Below are positions 63,516-64,000 of a DNA stretch of 64,000 bases, piece by piece. Both the position numbers and the translations under genes were made by a program. Position 1 is the first letter of the stretch, and each line of letters begins with the position of its first letter. The notes beneath the pieces were generated by a model. The model ran no database searches. It saw only the letters and a list, made by a program, of their open reading frames with translations, and was not told the DNA's origin. This stretch comes from Dendrobates tinctorius. Taxonomy: Eukaryota. The stretch spans positions 7,502,001-7,566,000 of the forward strand of contig NW_027361751.1 in the NCBI RefSeq assembly GCF_039654945.1. Direction: 5' to 3'.

Positions 63516-63600
63516 AAAACTCCCCTGTCCTATAGACACCTTGTACCTTGTTTTACATTACTATATAGTTTGTTGGATTTTGTCTACATTTCTACCAAAA

Positions 63601-64000
63601 ATGAGGAAGGCTGGTGGAAGAGGCCGTGGAATTGGGCGGGGGTTGGCAGCTGGTAATGATGGTGTTGGTGGTGGATCTGATGGTAGTGGCAAGAGCAAAA
63701 TAGGACCGAATGCAGGAGGTGCTGACCCTGCGTCATCGTCTGGCTACATAAGGACTCGAACGCTTAGTTTTCTAGGAGTTGGCAAACCGCTTTTAAAGGC
63801 AGAGCATCAGGAAAAAGTTTTGTCTTACATTGCTGACTCAGCCTCCAGCTCTATCGCCTCCTCTTCTTCAGTTGTAAAAAGTAAAAGCACTGAGTCGTCA
63901 TTGGAGGCTCATGTTCATGAACCACACCTTTCCTTGTGTCCTTCACCCCAACCAAGATTGAAGGATGACGCAGGCCATACTACTGATTACTCCATGGAGC
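63601..64000 (+). CDS. Probable hAT transposase N-terminus (partial, open to the window end)
   Basis: CCAAAA-ATG, then MRKAGGRGRG...DYSME with no stop over 133 codons. Position and orientation fit the transposase start of this element, but no conserved domain lies within the window. Confidence 0.6.
   Translation, partial: MRKAGGRGRGIGRGLAAGNDGVGGGSDGSGKSKIGPNAGGADPASSSGYIRTRTLSFLGVGKPLLKAEHQEKVLSYIADSASSSIASSSSVVKSKSTESSLEAHVHEPHLSLCPSPQPRLKDDAGHTTDYSME

Larger units (their letters stand above)
57895..64000 (+). mobile_element. hAT DNA transposon left end (relative of 41189-48700), running off the window
   Basis: TAGAGTTGAGCGAAACGGGTC TIR; the first ~560 bp align with the reverse complement of ~48150-48700. 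Confidence 0.9.

Overview
Vertebrate genomic DNA, most likely an anuran (frog), inferred from the transposon families and a frog-like 18S fragment. The window is almost entirely transposable elements and I found no supportable host-gene exon. Main contents: (1) a ~396-bp tandem repeat at 5.8-6.8 kb whose units carry a minimal type I hammerhead ribozyme and an octamer motif (retrozyme/satellite-2-like). (2) Two L2 LINEs. (3) A near-intact full-length L1 with TSD, inserted in a piggyBac-like element. (4) Several solo LTRs and hAT/Harbinger/Kolobok MITEs. (5) A ~22-kb nested complex: a Gmr1-type Gypsy element (SCAN-like gag; PR-IN-RT-RH order) split by a Kolobok-like element, a hAT MITE, a CR1 and a Penelope-like element with a second hammerhead. 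The CR1 itself holds a 7.5-kb BED-hAT carrying a degenerate 18S rRNA fragment. (6) A second BED-hAT copy at the right end, whose 5' region has expanded into a ~5-kb array of 133-bp units with a 12-mer higher-order duplication. All family assignments come from motif and structure recognition by eye, not from database searches.
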